Sequence record: OK570375
Reading direction: 5' to 3' (one strand)
Source: Escherichia phage UoN_LDJ77_1
Length of the DNA stretch: 64,000 nt
Shown: piece after piece, positions 61,863 to 64,000 of the stretch
How positions within the stretch are numbered: the stretch's first letter is position 1
Layout: each line of letters opens with the position of its first letter
The notes under the pieces: generated by a model
Databases searched by the model: none
Told to the model about the DNA's origin: nothing
Seen by the model: the letters and a program-made list of their open reading frames with translations, nothing else
Made by a program: the position numbers and the translations under genes

Positions 61863-63062
61863 TTTTATAATAATGTCAAACTGTTCTTTAAAGCAGAAGC
61901 TTGAATCTTGATGCTGATACAAAAATTCATATGCTTTTTCTCGCTCACGGTCATAAAGAACTCGGTCAGATGACAATTCTTTAATACGTTCAAATGTTGA
62001 TTCCATGTCATTTTCATCAAACCAAATGATACCGCTATCATGTGAGGTCAAAGGAGTATTATCAACACGGAATTTTAAATTTTCGCCAGTAGATTTCCAA
62101 AATACCGGAATTGTTCCACAAGCACCAAGCTCGAGATGAGTATATTCTAAAGAACGTTGTAGATATTTTTTGTCCAACTTACTCAACTGATAACCAAAAC
62201 CGGATTTACTCATACGCTCAAGCATTTCGCTATTTACATAACGATCGAGAATTTGCGTTGGCAAATTAGGAGCAATTTTAATTTGGTCTACTTGATGAAG
62301 ACGATAATACTCGTATGGAATTCCTTTTTCTTTAATAGGAATGAACGCTGGAGAACGTTCCAGACCTTCCATAATAGTACTTAGTCCTGCAGGTTTAAGA
62401 TGTTTTTCGTGAAAATCAAACATCTGGTAAAAACCTTTCCATGTAGTCGTACGACCAATCCAACGGTTGATATTCATGTTAATTTCAGAAACATCTTTCC
62501 AGTAGGTTGATCGAACCTTCGCAATATCCATAGGAGGCTGAAAGTTGTATACGGTCGGTGCTTCTTCAATATCATCAAACAGAGAAACTGTTTCTGGATA
62601 CCATTCTTTCATCAGAACTTTATTAAAATCGCCATTATCAGAATGACTAAAAATAACATCAGCTCGACGAACAGTTTCTTCTAATCCCAAATTTCGACGC
62701 AAAGAAAGAGAAGAATGGTCATGTTGATAAACTACAACACGAACCGAAGGTTTAATGTTATCAATAATTTTTTTATAGTTATTAATAGTGTCTTCTTCAA
62801 CTGAAGTAGCAGGAACTGAATTGATAATTAGAATATCACAATCATTTACCAGCTTAAGTGTTTTATCGTATTCTTTTGCCAATAAAACCGGAATTGAAAA
62901 TGATTTATAATCATGTGCACAGTTACGAGTAAATGATTTATCTTTAGCATAAACCAAAGTTACTTCATGACCATTTTTAATAAACCAATCACGTTGCTCA
63001 AGAGAAAATTTAGTTACACCACAACCTTCAAGACCCCGAGCCATAAAAATGCAAATACGCAT
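61860..63062 (-). CDS. agt: alpha-glucosyltransferase
   Basis: 400 aa from ATG after AAGAGGAAA SD (MRICIFMARGLEGCGV...); position after gene 47. Confidence 0.85.
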   Translation of the reverse strand: MRICIFMARGLEGCGVTKFSLEQRDWFIKNGHEVTLVYAKDKSFTRNCAHDYKSFSIPVLLAKEYDKTLKLVNDCDILIINSVPATSVEEDTINNYKKIIDNIKPSVRVVVYQHDHSSLSLRRNLGLEETVRRADVIFSHSDNGDFNKVLMKEWYPETVSLFDDIEEAPTVYNFQPPMDIAKVRSTYWKDVSEINMNINRWIGRTTTWKGFYQMFDFHEKHLKPAGLSTIMEGLERSPAFIPIKEKGIPYEYYRLHQVDQIKIAPNLPTQILDRYVNSEMLERMSKSGFGYQLSKLDKKYLQRSLEYTHLELGACGTIPVFWKSTGENLKFRVDNTPLTSHDSGIIWFDENDMESTFERIKELSSDRVLYDREREKAYEFLYQHQDSSFCFKEQFDIIIK

Positions 63063-63120
63063 AGTTTTCCTCTTTTCATTCAATAAATCATGTAAATAAT
63101 ATTTTATTTTCTATAAAACG

Positions 63121-63915
63121 CTACGAATAGGCCCAAACATATCCATAAGCAATTTTGCTTTTTCCAGATATGCACTTTTTAATATTAGACATGCATCCTT
63201 TAACGGATACAGCTGCGTCTTTAATTTTAGGAAATACTCGTAATAATTTTCCAGTAGTATCATATTGAAATACTGGCACATTTCTTTTCTGAGTTATCCC
63301 ACGTTTAGATTTAGACATTTTTTGTTTAGTTGCATTAGACATCCTAGAGGGCTTTCCTATGTTATCAGAATAATAATATTTCCATTGAAATCCTCCAGCG
63401 GTTTTCCTTTTCCCATCTACACATTGTTTAATTGAACTTGAACAGCTATATGACATATCTTCTGCAGCATCTGTAATACATCTATATTTGCGAATAAAAT
63501 TTCCATTTAAATCATATTGATAAATTGGTTTTCCAGCATTTCGTCTAGCGTTAGACATGTATTTTTTATTATCATCATCTTTCCAAAACTCTTTCATGCC
63601 TTCCGATATTGAGGAAGATACAGCTGTTTTAATCCATCCATACATTTTATTATTTAGTCTTGTTCCGTCAGAACTATAACACATCATACGAATAGCTAAA
63701 GCCAATTTAGGAAGTCTATAAATTTTAAATAATAATAAATGCGCGGTAAAATGTTCTTCTGGTGTCAAAAGAACTAAATTAGTTTTATCATCTGTACCAC
63801 CCATACATCTAGGAATTATATGATGAGTTTCAGTATAGTATGTCAAAAGACTTTTATCATTGCCTCTGTTTAGTCCTTTTTCGATCAGTAAATTATATAT
63901 GTTTAAATAATTCAT
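63121..63915 (-). CDS. HNH homing endonuclease (Mob-like)
   Basis: 264 aa; HNH core ETHHIIPRCMGGTDDKTNLVLLTPEEHFTAH; free-standing after alpha-gt. Confidence 0.8.
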   Translation of the reverse strand: MNYLNIYNLLIEKGLNRGNDKSLLTYYTETHHIIPRCMGGTDDKTNLVLLTPEEHFTAHLLLFKIYRLPKLALAIRMMCYSSDGTRLNNKMYGWIKTAVSSSISEGMKEFWKDDDNKKYMSNARRNAGKPIYQYDLNGNFIRKYRCITDAAEDMSYSCSSSIKQCVDGKRKTAGGFQWKYYYSDNIGKPSRMSNATKQKMSKSKRGITQKRNVPVFQYDTTGKLLRVFPKIKDAAVSVKGCMSNIKKCISGKSKIAYGYVWAYS

Positions 63916-63964
63916 TTTAATTATTTTACAAAAAATTTATAAAGCAATATAGGAGCCGAAGCTC

Positions 63965-64000
63965 CTATCCGCATAATACGCCATACAGAGGCTCATTAGA
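63965..64000 (-). CDS. 3' end of an ORF truncated by the window edge
   Basis: In-frame reading ...SNEPLYGVLCG then stop; hairpin directly after. Confidence 0.25.
   Translation of the reverse strand, partial: SNEPLYGVLCG

Overview
This window is a contiguous segment of a T-even (T4-like, Tequatrovirus) myophage genome. It is colinear with the T4 map from td/frd through gene 32, the long-tail-fibre operon 34-38 and holin t (plus strand), then asiA, motA, 52, ndd/stp, denB, rIIB/rIIA, 39, motB, dexA, dda, srd, modA/modB, soc, 56, dam, 61, sp, dmd, 41, uvsX, 42, imm, 43, regA, 62-44-45, rpbA, 46-47 and alpha-gt (all minus strand). Gene calls rest on ORF length, motifs I can read in the translations, T4 gene order, and promoter, Shine-Dalgarno and terminator context; no database search was run. 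The segment differs from T4 itself and looks T2/T6-type: td has no intron, gene 39 is one 606-aa ORF with no gene-60 bypass, there is no segF between soc and 56, gp37 carries a C-terminal chaperone-like domain with a Gly-rich gp38 adhesin, and a DxD glycosyltransferase sits in the beta-gt slot. Most of the window is therefore well-described biology. The strongest candidate for something undescribed is a module between dam and gene 61: a 186-aa ORF with a PD-(D/E)xK-like nuclease motif that shares a 1-nt stop/start overlap with dam, has its own early promoter, and faces a divergent small membrane ORF with a very strong RBS. Other accessory candidates are exported proteins in the imm operon, an ORF inserted between frd and td, tandem motB paralogues, a Cys-repeat tailed protein, and clusters of micro-ORFs. 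No tRNA, rRNA or CRISPR was found.
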